64,000 nt of DNA, from positions 4,756 to 68,755 of the forward strand of contig JAUHYK010000008.1 in NCBI GenBank assembly GCA_030426465.1, given 5' to 3'. Origin of the DNA: Alphaproteobacteria bacterium (GTDB lineage Bacteria > Pseudomonadota > Alphaproteobacteria > Caulobacterales > Parvularculaceae). The notes under the pieces were generated by a model. The model saw only the letters and a list, made by a program, of their open reading frames with translations, was not told the DNA's origin and made no database searches. Shown piece by piece: positions 38,274 through 48,785 of the stretch (position 1 is its first letter; each line of letters opens with the position of its first letter). The translations under genes and the position numbers were made by a program.

Positions 38274-40172
38274 ATGCGCAATCTCAACAAACCGGTGCTG
38301 GCGGCAGTGAGCGGACTTGCCTTGATGGGCCTCGCCGCCTGCGGAGAACGCAGGCCAGCGCCGGAAGAACAGCAGACTCCGGCGGCCGAAGCGCCAGCGG
38401 CGGTTCTTACCGCCAATGAACAGCTCGAGGCGATGGCGGCCCGTCACGCAGCGGCGGTTTTGCAATCGTCGCCGGAACTCGCAAGTTTTCTCGGCGTCAG
38501 CGAGGATGTCGCGGGTGAGGGTTATCGCGCACGGCTCGGCGGTTATGGCTTCGCCGCCTTCGAAGGTGTGCGCGCCCTCAACGAAGGTTTCTTGCAGGAC
38601 ATTCGCAGCATCGACCGCGCAGCGCTCTCCGGTCCGGCGCTCGTCACCTATGACGTCTTGCGCGACGCCTATCAGACGGCGGCGCGGCGCAACCAGTTTT
38701 TCTTTGGCGGCGCCACGCCCTACGCCTCGACGAGCCCCTATCTGGTGACGCAGCTTTCCGGTCCGCATCTTTACCTGCCGCGACTGATGTTGACCCAGCA
38801 CCGGCTGGAGACTCGTCAGGATGCGGAGGATTATATTTCACGCCTGGCTGAATTCAGCCGGGTTTTCGATGAAACCATTGAAACCGTGACCGGCGACGGC
38901 GCCCAGTTGGTGACGCCGCCGGTTTTCGCTATTGACGGCGCGATGAATTCGATCGCGGGCTTTACCGCATCGGCGGCGGCGGACAATCCGCTGGTCAAGA
39001 CATTTGCGGCGAAGCTGGAGGGCGTGGACGGTCTTTCCGAAGAGGACCGTTCAGCACTGACGGCGCGCGCCGCCGAAATGGTGGAGGTGAATGTCTATCC
39101 CGCTTACACGCGTCTCGCGGCTGCTCTTGAAAATCTCAAATTTCAGGCGAGCGCCGATGCGGGGATATGGCGTCTCGGCGACGAAGGCGCAGCCTTTTAT
39201 GCGTTGGCCCTTTCGTCCTATGGCGCCGGCGGGATGACCGCCGATGAGGTCCATGAACTGGGCCTTTCGGAAGTTGAACGCATCTCGGGAGAGATGGATG
39301 CGATTCTTAAGGCTCAGGGGCTGACGCAGGGAAGCGTCGCTGAGCGTTTTTCGTCGATCGGTAAACGCGACGGCATGCGTTATCCAAATAATGACGAGGC
39401 GAAAGAGGTCTTGCTGACCGATCTCAACGGGCAAGTGGATGAAATCATGTCTCGCGCCGGCGACTGGTTTGGAACCTTGCCGGCGCAACAGGTCGAAGTG
39501 CGGCGCATTCCTGTCTATGAACAGGATTCCTCGCCCGGCGGTTACTATTCTGCGGCTCCTCTCGACGGATCGCGTCCCGGCATTTTCTGGATCAATCTGA
39601 AAAACACCGCCGACTGGCCGAGGCATATGCTGAAAACCCTGACCTATCACGAAGCCGTGCCGGGCCATCATTTTCAGCGTTCGCTCGAACGCTCTGCTGG
39701 GCTTCCGCTCATTCGCACCATGCTTGGCTATTCTGAATTTTCAGAAGGTTGGGCGCTATACGCTGAGCAAGTGGCGGCCGAGATGGGCATGTATGCGGAC
39801 GACCCGTTTGGCGACCTTGCGCGGCTGCAGTCGGAGCTCTTTCGTGCGACGCGGCTGGTTGTTGATACAGGACTTCATCACAAGCAATGGAGCCGCGAAC
39901 AGGCGATCACCTATATGCAAGGGGTGACCGGCGATACAGAAGATCAGGTAACGCGCGAGGTTGAGCGTTATTCGGTCTGGCCGGGACAGGCCTGCGCCTA
40001 CAAGCTCGGTATGTTGAAGATCAACGAGCTTCGCAACAAGGCGGAAGAAGCGCTTGGGCCTGATTTCGATATTCGCGAATTCCACGACGAAGTGCTGCTC
40101 ACCGGCGCCATGCCGCTCCCGGTTTTGGACCGCAAGGTCACGGCGTGGATCAAGAAAAAACAGGGCGTTTAA
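38274..40172 (+). CDS. DUF885 family lipoprotein (putative metallopeptidase)
   Basis: HEAVPGHHFQ, EGWALYAE, RLVVDTGLH, PGQACAYKLG; lipobox LAAC. Confidence 0.92.
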   Translation: MRNLNKPVLAAVSGLALMGLAACGERRPAPEEQQTPAAEAPAAVLTANEQLEAMAARHAAAVLQSSPELASFLGVSEDVAGEGYRARLGGYGFAAFEGVRALNEGFLQDIRSIDRAALSGPALVTYDVLRDAYQTAARRNQFFFGGATPYASTSPYLVTQLSGPHLYLPRLMLTQHRLETRQDAEDYISRLAEFSRVFDETIETVTGDGAQLVTPPVFAIDGAMNSIAGFTASAAADNPLVKTFAAKLEGVDGLSEEDRSALTARAAEMVEVNVYPAYTRLAAALENLKFQASADAGIWRLGDEGAAFYALALSSYGAGGMTADEVHELGLSEVERISGEMDAILKAQGLTQGSVAERFSSIGKRDGMRYPNNDEAKEVLLTDLNGQVDEIMSRAGDWFGTLPAQQVEVRRIPVYEQDSSPGGYYSAAPLDGSRPGIFWINLKNTADWPRHMLKTLTYHEAVPGHHFQRSLERSAGLPLIRTMLGYSEFSEGWALYAEQVAAEMGMYADDPFGDLARLQSELFRATRLVVDTGLHHKQWSREQAITYMQGVTGDTEDQVTREVERYSVWPGQACAYKLGMLKINELRNKAEEALGPDFDIREFHDEVLLTGAMPLPVLDRKVTAWIKKKQGV

Positions 40173-40207
40173 GCGCTCGCATGTCAACAAAACAGACAGG
40201 AGCCGAC

Positions 40208-41728
40208 ATGATCATCCGGACTCTCGCGGCGATCTTTTTATTATCATATAGCGGCGCCTGCGCCGTTGCGCAGGAAGAAGATAAAAACCAGGAAGCCGCG
40301 GCGGCGAAAGACGGCGCTGAGCCGCGCCGCTACGAAACGAAGGCCCGGGTGAGCGCTGGCGGCGCGAATGTCGCCTATAAGGTTATTGCTGGCGAAACCT
40401 TTATCGAGAACGACAAGGGCGAACCTGTCGCGTCGATTTTTTCGACATCTTATATTGCGGATGGCTTTGCTGATCCGCGCGAGCGGCCGGTGGCGTTTAT
40501 TTTCAATGGCGGGCCGGGCTCGGCTTCCCTGTGGCTTCATATGGGTGTTTTCGGACCGAAGCGCGTTCGTCTTCCCGAAGGGCCCGATGATGACGGCGCG
40601 GCGCCATTCGATCTCATCGCCAATCCGGAGTCGATCATCGATGTCGCCGATATGGTGTTTATCGATCCGGTCGGCACGGGCTGGTCGAAGACCCTGGGCG
40701 AGGGCAAGACGGATGAATATTGGGGCGTCAAACAGGACGCCGCGTCAGTGCGCGAATTCATTCGCCGCTGGCTGGTTGAACATAAACGCTGGAACTCACC
40801 CAAATATCTGATTGGCGAAAGCTATGGCACGACACGCTCGGCGGCGCTTCTGGAAGCGCTTGAAAGCGGCTGGACCGACATCGCCGTGAATGGCGTCGTC
40901 CTGATTTCAACCGTGTTGAATTTCGGTCTCGACGCCACCGACGCGGGCAACGATGTTGGTTATATCGGGCTGATGCCGGGTTACGCCGCCACAGCGTGGT
41001 ATCATGACAAGGTCGACAAAGCCGCTTGGGGCGGGGACATGCAGCGCTTTCTCGATGAAGCGCGCGCCTTCGCTACTGACGACTATATGCCGGCGCTGCT
41101 CAAGGGCCAGCTGGCCTCGGCTGCGGAGCGCGAGGCGGTTGCTGCGAAGCTTGCGGCCTTTACCGGACTTTCCGAAAGCTATGTGACGCGCTCCAACATG
41201 CGCATTCCCCTGCGTCGTTTCATGCGTGAATTGCTGCGCGATGAAGGGCTTGCAGTGGGGCGTCTCGACTCGCGCTTTACCGGCGTTGAAGCTGACGGCG
41301 TTGGTGAAAATCCGGAGTATGATCCGTCCGCCTATGGCATTGACGCCGCCTATACGGCCGGCATGCTCGATTATTTCGGTCGCGATCTCGGCGTCGATAT
41401 CGCCGAGCCTTATACGACGCTTGGCGGCGTGCGCGGCTGGAACTGGGACGCCGAAGATGGCGGCGGTCAGAATGCGTATGTGAATGTGGCGCCCTGGGTG
41501 GAGCGGGCGATGCGCCAGAACCGCGATCTGCGGGTCCTGTCGGCGAATGGTTATTACGACCTTGCGACTCCGTTTTTCGGGACGGAAATGACGCTCGCGC
41601 AGCCGGGCTTCGACCGGTCGCGCCTGACCATCACCTACTATGACGCCGGCCACATGATGTATATCCATCAGCCTTCGCTGGAAGCCTTGGCGAAAGACGT
41701 GCGCGCCTTCATCAGGAACGAACGATGA
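40208..41728 (+). CDS. Peptidase S10 serine carboxypeptidase
   Basis: FNGGPGSAS, FIDPVGTG, GESYG, YYDLATP, AGHMMY. Confidence 0.92.
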   Translation: MIIRTLAAIFLLSYSGACAVAQEEDKNQEAAAAKDGAEPRRYETKARVSAGGANVAYKVIAGETFIENDKGEPVASIFSTSYIADGFADPRERPVAFIFNGGPGSASLWLHMGVFGPKRVRLPEGPDDDGAAPFDLIANPESIIDVADMVFIDPVGTGWSKTLGEGKTDEYWGVKQDAASVREFIRRWLVEHKRWNSPKYLIGESYGTTRSAALLEALESGWTDIAVNGVVLISTVLNFGLDATDAGNDVGYIGLMPGYAATAWYHDKVDKAAWGGDMQRFLDEARAFATDDYMPALLKGQLASAAEREAVAAKLAAFTGLSESYVTRSNMRIPLRRFMRELLRDEGLAVGRLDSRFTGVEADGVGENPEYDPSAYGIDAAYTAGMLDYFGRDLGVDIAEPYTTLGGVRGWNWDAEDGGGQNAYVNVAPWVERAMRQNRDLRVLSANGYYDLATPFFGTEMTLAQPGFDRSRLTITYYDAGHMMYIHQPSLEALAKDVRAFIRNER

Positions 41729-42720
41729 GCCCTTTATTTAAATCTGCTTGTGCGGTGTTGCTGGTTTCAGTTGCGGGATGTCAACCTGCATCGGATGTGT
41801 CGAAGGCTCCCGAGGCTGCAGTAGATTCATCCGAGGACGCCGTCGAAGTCGCTGGTCTCCCGATCGCACACATCCTTTCAGGAAAAATTGCACTGAACCC
41901 AGATGACAGCGCTGTTTCGATCATTGATATCGCGCCTCTTCTGGCTTCGCCTGCCTACCAAAATCAGCCGACTTTTTTGCAGCCTTACGATGGCAGGTTT
42001 TATTACGTCGCCGGCAATGAGGATGATAAAACCGACCTTTGGGTTTACGACCTTTCTTCCGGCGAAAAGAGCCAGGTCACTCAAACGCCCGACAAAAGCG
42101 AGTTCTCGCCGAAGCCCGCGCCCGATGGCGGCGTCTCGTTCATTCAGGAAAGCGAAGACGGTGAAATGACGCGCGTTCATGCGCTTCACGATAGCGGCGA
42201 CGCAGGCGCCGCTGTCATAGAGACCGGCCCGGTTGGCTATTATGAATGGCTGCAGGGCGGGGCGACGCTGGCCGTGTTTTATCGCAGCGAGCCGCCGATG
42301 CTGCAATTTGTGGATGTCGCCAGCGGAGAGGCGCGCGATGTCTTTGAGAATGTCGGACGCGTTTTGCTTTCGTCGCCCGACGGAGCGGTACTGTTCGCGG
42401 CGCGTGGCGATGAGGCCGGAGACTATGAAATCGTCGCCGTCGATGTAGAGAACGGCGCATCCGAAGTGTTGCTGCCGCTGCCGCCCGGGGCTCAGGATTT
42501 CTTCCTCGCCTTCAGCGAAGAAGGGTTTCCCGCTATGGCCTATTCTTCCATGGGAACTCAATTGGCGACCTATGATTTCGCCAATGATTCAGTGTGGCAT
42601 AGGGCGGCGGATATTAGTGAGCTTGGCTATGGCTCTATCACCCGCATCAGCGTCGCTGGCGCTCCCGACAAAGACGGGAATCTGCCTGTCGTGTTCGTTG
42701 CTCATCCGGTTGAGGAGTAA
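41725..42720 (+). CDS. TolB-like beta-propeller lipoprotein
   Basis: Lipobox VAGC; YQNQPTF, SEFSPKPAPDG blades. Confidence 0.7.
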   Translation: MSPLFKSACAVLLVSVAGCQPASDVSKAPEAAVDSSEDAVEVAGLPIAHILSGKIALNPDDSAVSIIDIAPLLASPAYQNQPTFLQPYDGRFYYVAGNEDDKTDLWVYDLSSGEKSQVTQTPDKSEFSPKPAPDGGVSFIQESEDGEMTRVHALHDSGDAGAAVIETGPVGYYEWLQGGATLAVFYRSEPPMLQFVDVASGEARDVFENVGRVLLSSPDGAVLFAARGDEAGDYEIVAVDVENGASEVLLPLPPGAQDFFLAFSEEGFPAMAYSSMGTQLATYDFANDSVWHRAADISELGYGSITRISVAGAPDKDGNLPVVFVAHPVEE

Positions 42721-42828
42721 TCCGGCGTCGAATGATCGCGTTCGCGAAGCCGTTTGTCGCAAACGCCTTTACGGCTTTATTCTACGCAGGCACCATGATG
42801 CCTGACGGAAAGACGGGGACGGACGGGC

Positions 42829-43680
42829 ATGAAAAGATTATTGGCGCTTGTTGCGTCGTTAAGCGTAGCGGCTTGCGCCACAGCGGCGCCGGTTGAAGAA
42901 ACGGCGATGATAGAACCGGACATGGTTCAGGTCATGGTGATCGGCGCCTTTCACATGGGCAATCCCGGTCAGGATGTAGCCAACGCCGAGATCGATAATA
43001 TGCTGACGGATGAGCGCCAGGCGGAAATCGCCGCCGTGGCGAATGCGCTCGCGGCGTTCAAGCCGACTGTCGTCGCTGTTGAGCGGATCACTGAGGCGCC
43101 GGATTATATCGATCCGAAATATCAGGCCTTTACGCCCGGTATGTTGAGCGAAAACGCCGATGAGCGTTACCAGATCGGTTATCGCCTCGCGAACCTGTCT
43201 GGCGTGACGCGTGTTTACGGCGTTGATGAACAGCCGAGCGATGGCGAGCCTGATTACTTTCCATTCGGCGAGTTGATGGCCCATGCGGAAGAGACCGGCC
43301 AGGCTGAGGCGCTGCAGGGACAGATCGCGGAAATCCAGGAATTGATGGCGGATTTCAGCGCAACACAGAAAGGTAATTCCGTCGCAGACTTGTTGTTGAT
43401 GTTTAATTCCGACGGTCCGCTATCAAGTCCGGATTTTTATTATCGTACATTCTCATATGATCGCGGCGAGGCGCAGCCGGGCGCTGAGCTGCAGGCCTAC
43501 TGGTTTATGCGCAACGCCAAGATATTCTCGAAACTGACGCAAGTGACGAAACCGGGAGACCGCGTCGTGATTGTTTACGGCGCAGGCCATAAATTCTGGC
43601 TCGATCATTTCGCTGAAAACACGCCGGGCTATGTGCTCGTCGATCCCGCCCCCTATCTTGAAAAGGCGGCGGCGGAATAG
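42829..43680 (+). CDS. DUF5694 family lipoprotein
   Basis: VMVIGAFHM, RQAEI, FKPTVVAVE, WFMRNAKI, YGAGH. Confidence 0.8.
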   Translation: MKRLLALVASLSVAACATAAPVEETAMIEPDMVQVMVIGAFHMGNPGQDVANAEIDNMLTDERQAEIAAVANALAAFKPTVVAVERITEAPDYIDPKYQAFTPGMLSENADERYQIGYRLANLSGVTRVYGVDEQPSDGEPDYFPFGELMAHAEETGQAEALQGQIAEIQELMADFSATQKGNSVADLLLMFNSDGPLSSPDFYYRTFSYDRGEAQPGAELQAYWFMRNAKIFSKLTQVTKPGDRVVIVYGAGHKFWLDHFAENTPGYVLVDPAPYLEKAAAE

Positions 43681-44103
43681 TCAGACCTTTGGCGTCCACT
43701 CGGACGGCGCCATTTCAAAGCTTGAAAATTCGAACGCTGGCGACACAGTACAGCCCACAAGCGTGAAATCGCCCATGCTTTGCGCCGCTTGCCACGCATG
43801 CGGCGGCACGACTAGCTGCGGGTTTTGTCCGCCTTTGAGATCGGGGCCGAGGATCAGGTCTTGTTGCGTTTTGCCGTCTTCTGAAATCGACAGTCTCAAT
43901 GGCGCGCCGGCGTAATAGTGCCAGATCTCCGCCGCATCGACGCGATGCCAGTGTGAACGTTCGCCCGCTTTCAGGAGATAATAAATCGCAGTACCGCTTG
44001 CGCGTGCGCCGCCTTCACTCTCTGCGCGCCAGGTCTCGCGAAACCAGCCGCCTTCGGGATGCGGGGCAAGCTTCAGCGCAGCGATGATGTTGTCTGCGGT
44101 CAA
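43681..44103 (-). CDS. Cupin_5 (DUF985) protein
   Basis: PHPEGGWFRET, SHWHRV, VGCTVSPAFEF. Confidence 0.92.
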   Translation of the reverse strand: MTADNIIAALKLAPHPEGGWFRETWRAESEGGARASGTAIYYLLKAGERSHWHRVDAAEIWHYYAGAPLRLSISEDGKTQQDLILGPDLKGGQNPQLVVPPHAWQAAQSMGDFTLVGCTVSPAFEFSSFEMAPSEWTPKV

Positions 44104-44912
44104 GACGTGGCGACGTCAGGCACAGCGACGGCGTGGAAACCGGCGTCAACATGCAGGACTTCGCCTGCGCAGGACGCGCCAAGATCTGAAAGAAGATAAA
44201 GCGCCGATCCGGCGACGCCTTCCATGGTGGTGTCTTCCTTCAGGAGCGACCATTCGCGCCCCGTGGACATAAGCTGGCGCCCGCCCGTAATGCCGGCCAT
44301 GGCGAGGGTCTTCATGGGCCCTGCGGAGATGGCGTTGACGCGAATGCCCTTGGGGCCAAGGTCGCGCGCCACATAGCGCATGGAAGCTTCAAGCGCGGCC
44401 TTGGCGACGCCCATGACATTGTAATTCGGCACAATGCGTTCGGAGCCGAGATAGGTGAGCGTCACCATCGAGCCGCCGTCAGGCATGATTTCGGCCGACC
44501 GGCGGGCCGCATCGACGAAGGAAAACGCTGACACATCCATCGTGTCCTTGAAGTTCTGGCGCGTGGTGTTCTCGACGAAGGAGCCTTTCAGCGCCTCCTT
44601 GTCGGTGAAGGCGATGGCGTGGACCAGAAAATCGATCTTGCCCCATTTGTCTTTGATGTCGGCGAACGCCTTGTCCATGTCGTCGTCGCTCATGACATCG
44701 GCCTCGACGAGAAAGTCGACGCCGATGGTGTCTGCAAGCTGTCGCACGCGGCTTTCCATCGCGGGGATATAGGAAAAGCAAAGCTCCGCGCCCTGCGCGG
44801 CGAGCTGTTGCGCGATGCCCCAGGCGATGGAGTTTTTGTTGGCGACGCCCATGATGAGCCCGCGCTTGCCTTTCATTAGATCGCCTTTGGGGAAAGCGGA
44901 TTCGTCGCTCAT
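44100..44912 (-). CDS. fabI: Enoyl-ACP reductase
   Basis: MGVANKNSIAWGIA, YNVMGVAKAALE, SAGPMKTLA. Confidence 0.93.
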   Translation of the reverse strand: MSDESAFPKGDLMKGKRGLIMGVANKNSIAWGIAQQLAAQGAELCFSYIPAMESRVRQLADTIGVDFLVEADVMSDDDMDKAFADIKDKWGKIDFLVHAIAFTDKEALKGSFVENTTRQNFKDTMDVSAFSFVDAARRSAEIMPDGGSMVTLTYLGSERIVPNYNVMGVAKAALEASMRYVARDLGPKGIRVNAISAGPMKTLAMAGITGGRQLMSTGREWSLLKEDTTMEGVAGSALYLLSDLGASCAGEVLHVDAGFHAVAVPDVATS

Positions 44913-44940
44913 GGGTTTTGTCCTTGTTTGCGCCGGGCGT

Positions 44941-45129
44941 TTAAGCGCCGCTGCGGCTGATCATGATCATGGTCACTATGAAATAGGCGAGCCAGACTAT
45001 CGCGTAAACGCCGAAGCGTGTTGCTTTGGGCTGTTTTTTGACAACTGGCAGGATCAGCCGGAACCACCACAGGCCTGCGCTGGCGATCAGCGCCGCCACC
45101 AGCCCGGCGATCAGGGATTCCTGGCTCAA
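44941..45129 (-). CDS. 62-aa two-TM membrane protein between fabB and fabI
   Basis: Two hydrophobic helices around a KKQPK loop; TTG 4 nt after the fabB stop; weak SD. Confidence 0.55.
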   Translation of the reverse strand: MSQESLIAGLVAALIASAGLWWFRLILPVVKKQPKATRFGVYAIVWLAYFIVTMIMISRSGA

Positions 45130-45132
45130 TTT

Positions 45133-46347
45133 TTAGACTTTCGCGACGACGAGGCAGCCATTGGTGCCGCCGAAGCCGAAAGAGTTGGTGAGGAAGCAAT
45201 CGACTTTTGCATTGTCGACGCGCTCGCGAATGATCGGCAGGTCCTCAAATTCCGGATCGATGTTTTCGATATGCGCGGAAGCGGTGAGGAATTTGTCGCG
45301 CATCATGATGAGCCCATAGACAAGCTCCTGCGCGCCAACGGCGCCGAGAGAGTGGCCTGTCAGCGATTTTGTTGAAGAGAAGGGCGGGATTTCCGAGCCG
45401 AACACTTCGCGGATCGCCTGTGTTTCTTTCTGGTCGCCGACCGGCGTTGAGGTGCCGTGCGGGTTCACATAGTCGATCGGCTGGCGCACCGTCTCAAGCG
45501 CTCCGCGCATGCATCTGACGGCGCCTTCGCCGGATAATTGCACCATGTCGTAACCGTCGGAATTGGCGAAATAACCGACAATCTCGCCAAGGATGTTCGC
45601 GCCGCGTTTTTTTGCATATTCATATTCTTCGAGCACGACGGTTGCAGCCCCGCCCGCAATCACGAAGCCGTCACGGTCTTTGTCATAGGCGCGGCTTGCG
45701 ACGTCGGCGCGGTCATTGAAGTTCGTCGACATGGCGCCCATGGCGTCGAAAATATTCGCTAAGGTCCAGTCGAGCTCCTCACCGCCGCCAGCGAAGACAA
45801 CATCCTGTTTGCCCCACATGATTTGTTCTGCGGCGGCGCCGATGCAATGCACCGATGTGGCGCATGCGGAGGAAATGGAATAATTGACGCCGAGAATTTT
45901 GAACGGCACGGCGAGCGTCGCTGAATTGGTTGAGCCCATGGCTTTCGGCACAACGGTGGGGCCGATTTTTTTGGTCGCGCCGGTTTTGCGGGTGATGTCC
46001 GCCGCTTCAACGATGGCTTTCGTGGAAGGGCCGCCCGATCCCATAATGATGCCGGTCATCGGGTTGCTGACCTGATCATCGGTGAGGCCGGACTGCTCCA
46101 GCGCCTCTTTCATGGCGATGTAGTTCCAGCCGGCGCCTTCGCCCATAAAGCGCCGTGTGCGCCGGTCAAGGGCGTCTTCAAAATTGACGGAAGGGCGAGC
46201 CGAGACCTGGCATTTGAAACCATGCTCGGCGAAGCTGGCGTCATGGGCGATTCCTGAACGGCCTTCGTAAAGCGCCGCCTTCACCTCTTCCACATTGGCG
46301 CCAATGGATGAGACAACCCCCATGCCGGTAATAACTACGCGCCGCAT
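45133..46347 (-). CDS. fabB: Beta-ketoacyl-ACP synthase I
   Basis: SACATS, NPHGTST, GHSLGA, NSFGFGG; follows fabA. Confidence 0.95.
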   Translation of the reverse strand: MRRVVITGMGVVSSIGANVEEVKAALYEGRSGIAHDASFAEHGFKCQVSARPSVNFEDALDRRTRRFMGEGAGWNYIAMKEALEQSGLTDDQVSNPMTGIIMGSGGPSTKAIVEAADITRKTGATKKIGPTVVPKAMGSTNSATLAVPFKILGVNYSISSACATSVHCIGAAAEQIMWGKQDVVFAGGGEELDWTLANIFDAMGAMSTNFNDRADVASRAYDKDRDGFVIAGGAATVVLEEYEYAKKRGANILGEIVGYFANSDGYDMVQLSGEGAVRCMRGALETVRQPIDYVNPHGTSTPVGDQKETQAIREVFGSEIPPFSSTKSLTGHSLGAVGAQELVYGLIMMRDKFLTASAHIENIDPEFEDLPIIRERVDNAKVDCFLTNSFGFGGTNGCLVVAKV

Positions 46348-46389
46348 AAAATTCCTTTCGCCTTCCGCCGAAAACGTATCTGCGTCGCC

Positions 46390-46923
46390 CTACAGCGACA
46401 GTCCCGCGTCGAGCTGTTCGCGCGAGAAAAGTCCGACCCTCAGATCCTTTGCTTCATAGATGGTACGGTCGTCGACTTTAACAATGCCGTCCGCAATGCC
46501 GAGGATCAGGGGGCGGGCCATCATGCGCCGAACATTCAGCTCATAAGTGACGCGTTTAGCGCTCGGCACCACCATGCCAGAGAAACGCACGTCCTTCGCG
46601 CCGAGGGCCCGACCGTGGCCGGGATGCCCTGACCATGTAAGGAAGAACCCCACCAATTGCCAGAGCGCGTCGAGGCCGAGGCAGCCAGGCATCACCGGAT
46701 CGCCCGGAAAATGACAATCGAAGAACCAGAGGTCCGGATTGATATCGAGTTCGGCTGTCACGAACCCCTTGCCGTAGCCGCCGCCATCGGACGTGATCTT
46801 GGTGACCCGGTCGAACATCAGCATCGGCGGCACAGGTAATTGCGCCGTTCCGGGTCCGCGAAGTCCGTGATAGCCGCACTCGAGGAGCTCCTCGCGGCTG
46901 AAACTGTTTTTTTGTTCCGTCAT
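46390..46923 (-). CDS. fabA: 3-hydroxydecanoyl-ACP dehydratase/isomerase
   Basis: [34 protein letters not shown]. Confidence 0.97.
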   Translation of the reverse strand: MTEQKNSFSREELLECGYHGLRGPGTAQLPVPPMLMFDRVTKITSDGGGYGKGFVTAELDINPDLWFFDCHFPGDPVMPGCLGLDALWQLVGFFLTWSGHPGHGRALGAKDVRFSGMVVPSAKRVTYELNVRRMMARPLILGIADGIVKVDDRTIYEAKDLRVGLFSREQLDAGLSL

Positions 46924-47022
46924 GCGCCCTGTTCAGTTGTGGTTTACGCGTAGACGATTGTCGCGCGCTGTGGCCGCTTGGTAAAGGCGCACCAGCACAG
47001 GGTCAATTATGCGTCGCAACAT

Positions 47023-47601
47023 TCAGGGGCTGAGATTGCCCGCCAGCGGCGCATCGGCCCTCGCGCCCCAGAACGCCGAGGCGCGGGCCCAGCCCTTGCG
47101 GCCGTCGGCGGAAACCCGCAGCCACCCCTCTTTTGCGCCTTCCACATGGGCGATAACGCCGCGGCCGAGCCGCGCCCGGGCAGGAGCGTTGGGATCCGGA
47201 CGGGTCCGCAGCGCAAGCCCGTCTTCCAGCACCAGCGCGGTTTCGTCGCCCGAGAGCTTGGATTTATGGGTCCAGCATTCATCGCCTTCGGCGTCGCGAA
47301 TCTTGCGCCAGTGGTCCTTGGTCTCGGCCACGACCATCACCGGCAGGCCGGCGCGCATGAAAGTCAGCCGCACGGGGTGGGAAAATGTTGGGCCTGAACG
47401 GCAGAAAGTCTTGCTTGCCTTGAGGGAAACGAGCCGTGGGACGGGAAGGCCCGAAGGGGTGTCGAGGCGCAGCTTCACCGGTGCGGGCGCTCTCGCGGCC
47501 TGGATATTCCCGGTCGTGGCGGCTTGCGCCGCGGGGGCGGCTCCGGTCAAATAGAGGGCGGCGAAAAGGCTGACGGACAACACTGAATATAAACGCGGCA
47601 T
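47023..47601 (-). CDS. Secreted tandem SH3 (SH3_4-type) protein
   Basis: SGLPVPRLVSLK, RSGP, HWRKIRD; signal peptide from ATG 47601. Confidence 0.88.
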   Translation of the reverse strand: MPRLYSVLSVSLFAALYLTGAAPAAQAATTGNIQAARAPAPVKLRLDTPSGLPVPRLVSLKASKTFCRSGPTFSHPVRLTFMRAGLPVMVVAETKDHWRKIRDAEGDECWTHKSKLSGDETALVLEDGLALRTRPDPNAPARARLGRGVIAHVEGAKEGWLRVSADGRKGWARASAFWGARADAPLAGNLSP

Positions 47602-47660
47602 GAACAAGCGCTCGAAACTATCAAAGATCGTGAATAAAGCCTTACCTGGCGGTAAAGCCG

Positions 47661-47676
47661 TTAATCTTGGGTTAAC
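47661..47676. promoter_or_regulatory. CtrA box
   Basis: Exact TTAA-TCTTGGG-TTAAC in the divergent intergenic region. Confidence 0.7.
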
Positions 47677-47742
47677 TTCGCGCTCTTTTTGGGATTTGCG
47701 GGAAACCGCAAGTCTTTCCATCTTCACGACCGGGATTTTCCG

Positions 47743-48750
47743 ATGAGCGCTAAAAAGGTCAGGGTCGCGCTGACGCGAAAATTGCCGGCTCCGGTGGAGG
47801 CGCGGCTTTCCGATCTTTTTGACGCGGTTCTTCATGATGATGACGCTCCGCTATCCACGACGGCTCTGCTGGAGCGCGCCCGGGACGCCGATGTCCTGGC
47901 GCCGACGCTCGGGGACAGGCTCGATGCGGCTTTTTTTCAGGCCGCAGGAGACAGGTTGCGTCTCGTCGCCAATTTTGGCGCCGGGGTCGACCATATCGAC
48001 GTCGCCGCAGCCAATGCGCGCGGGATTACTGTCACTAACACGCCCTCCGTCCTCGCTGAGGACGCCGCCGACATGGCGATGGCCTTGATCCTCGCCGTGC
48101 CGCGCCGCCTTGTGGAGGGCGTGAGAGCCCTGGAAACGGGTCAATTTCAGGGATGGTCGCCAACCTGGATGCTGGGCCGGCGGGTTCGCGGCAAAAAGCT
48201 TGGCATTATCGGTCTGGGCCGTGTGGGCGAGGCGATTGCGCGCCGCGCCAAAGCCTTTGGATTGTCGATCCATTATCACAACCGGACGCCGATCAATCCG
48301 CATATCGAAGAAGAGCTTGGCGCGACCTATTGGGACAGTCTCGATCAGATGCTCGCCCGGGTGGATATCGTTTCCGTCAACTGTCCGCACACCCCGGCGA
48401 CATTCCATCTCCTGTCGCGCCGCCGCCTCGAACTCCTCCAGCCGCAAGCCTATGTCGTGAATGTCTCCCGCGGTGAAATTGTCGATGAGGATGCGCTCGC
48501 CGAAATGATCGAAGGCGGGCGTCTCGCCGGCGCCGGGCTCGATGTTTATGAACGCGGCGCCCCCAGTGAAAAACTTCTCAAGGCGCCGAATGTGGTGCTG
48601 CTGCCGCACATGGCGTCAGCGACGGTGGAAAGCCGGGTCGAAATGGGCGAGCGCATGATCATCAACATCAAGATGTTCGCCGACGGTCATAAACCACCGG
48701 ACCGCGTGATCCTCGGCCTTGATGACGGGCGCCTGCCAAAAGCGGGTTGA
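47743..48750 (+). CDS. D-2-hydroxyacid dehydrogenase (glyoxylate reductase-like)
   Basis: GAGVDHID, GIIGLGRVG, NVSRG, GLDVYE, LPHMAS. Confidence 0.92.
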   Translation: MSAKKVRVALTRKLPAPVEARLSDLFDAVLHDDDAPLSTTALLERARDADVLAPTLGDRLDAAFFQAAGDRLRLVANFGAGVDHIDVAAANARGITVTNTPSVLAEDAADMAMALILAVPRRLVEGVRALETGQFQGWSPTWMLGRRVRGKKLGIIGLGRVGEAIARRAKAFGLSIHYHNRTPINPHIEEELGATYWDSLDQMLARVDIVSVNCPHTPATFHLLSRRRLELLQPQAYVVNVSRGEIVDEDALAEMIEGGRLAGAGLDVYERGAPSEKLLKAPNVVLLPHMASATVESRVEMGERMIINIKMFADGHKPPDRVILGLDDGRLPKAG

Positions 48751-48785
48751 GACAAAAAGCCCGCTAAAAGCAGTGTTTTCTGCAC

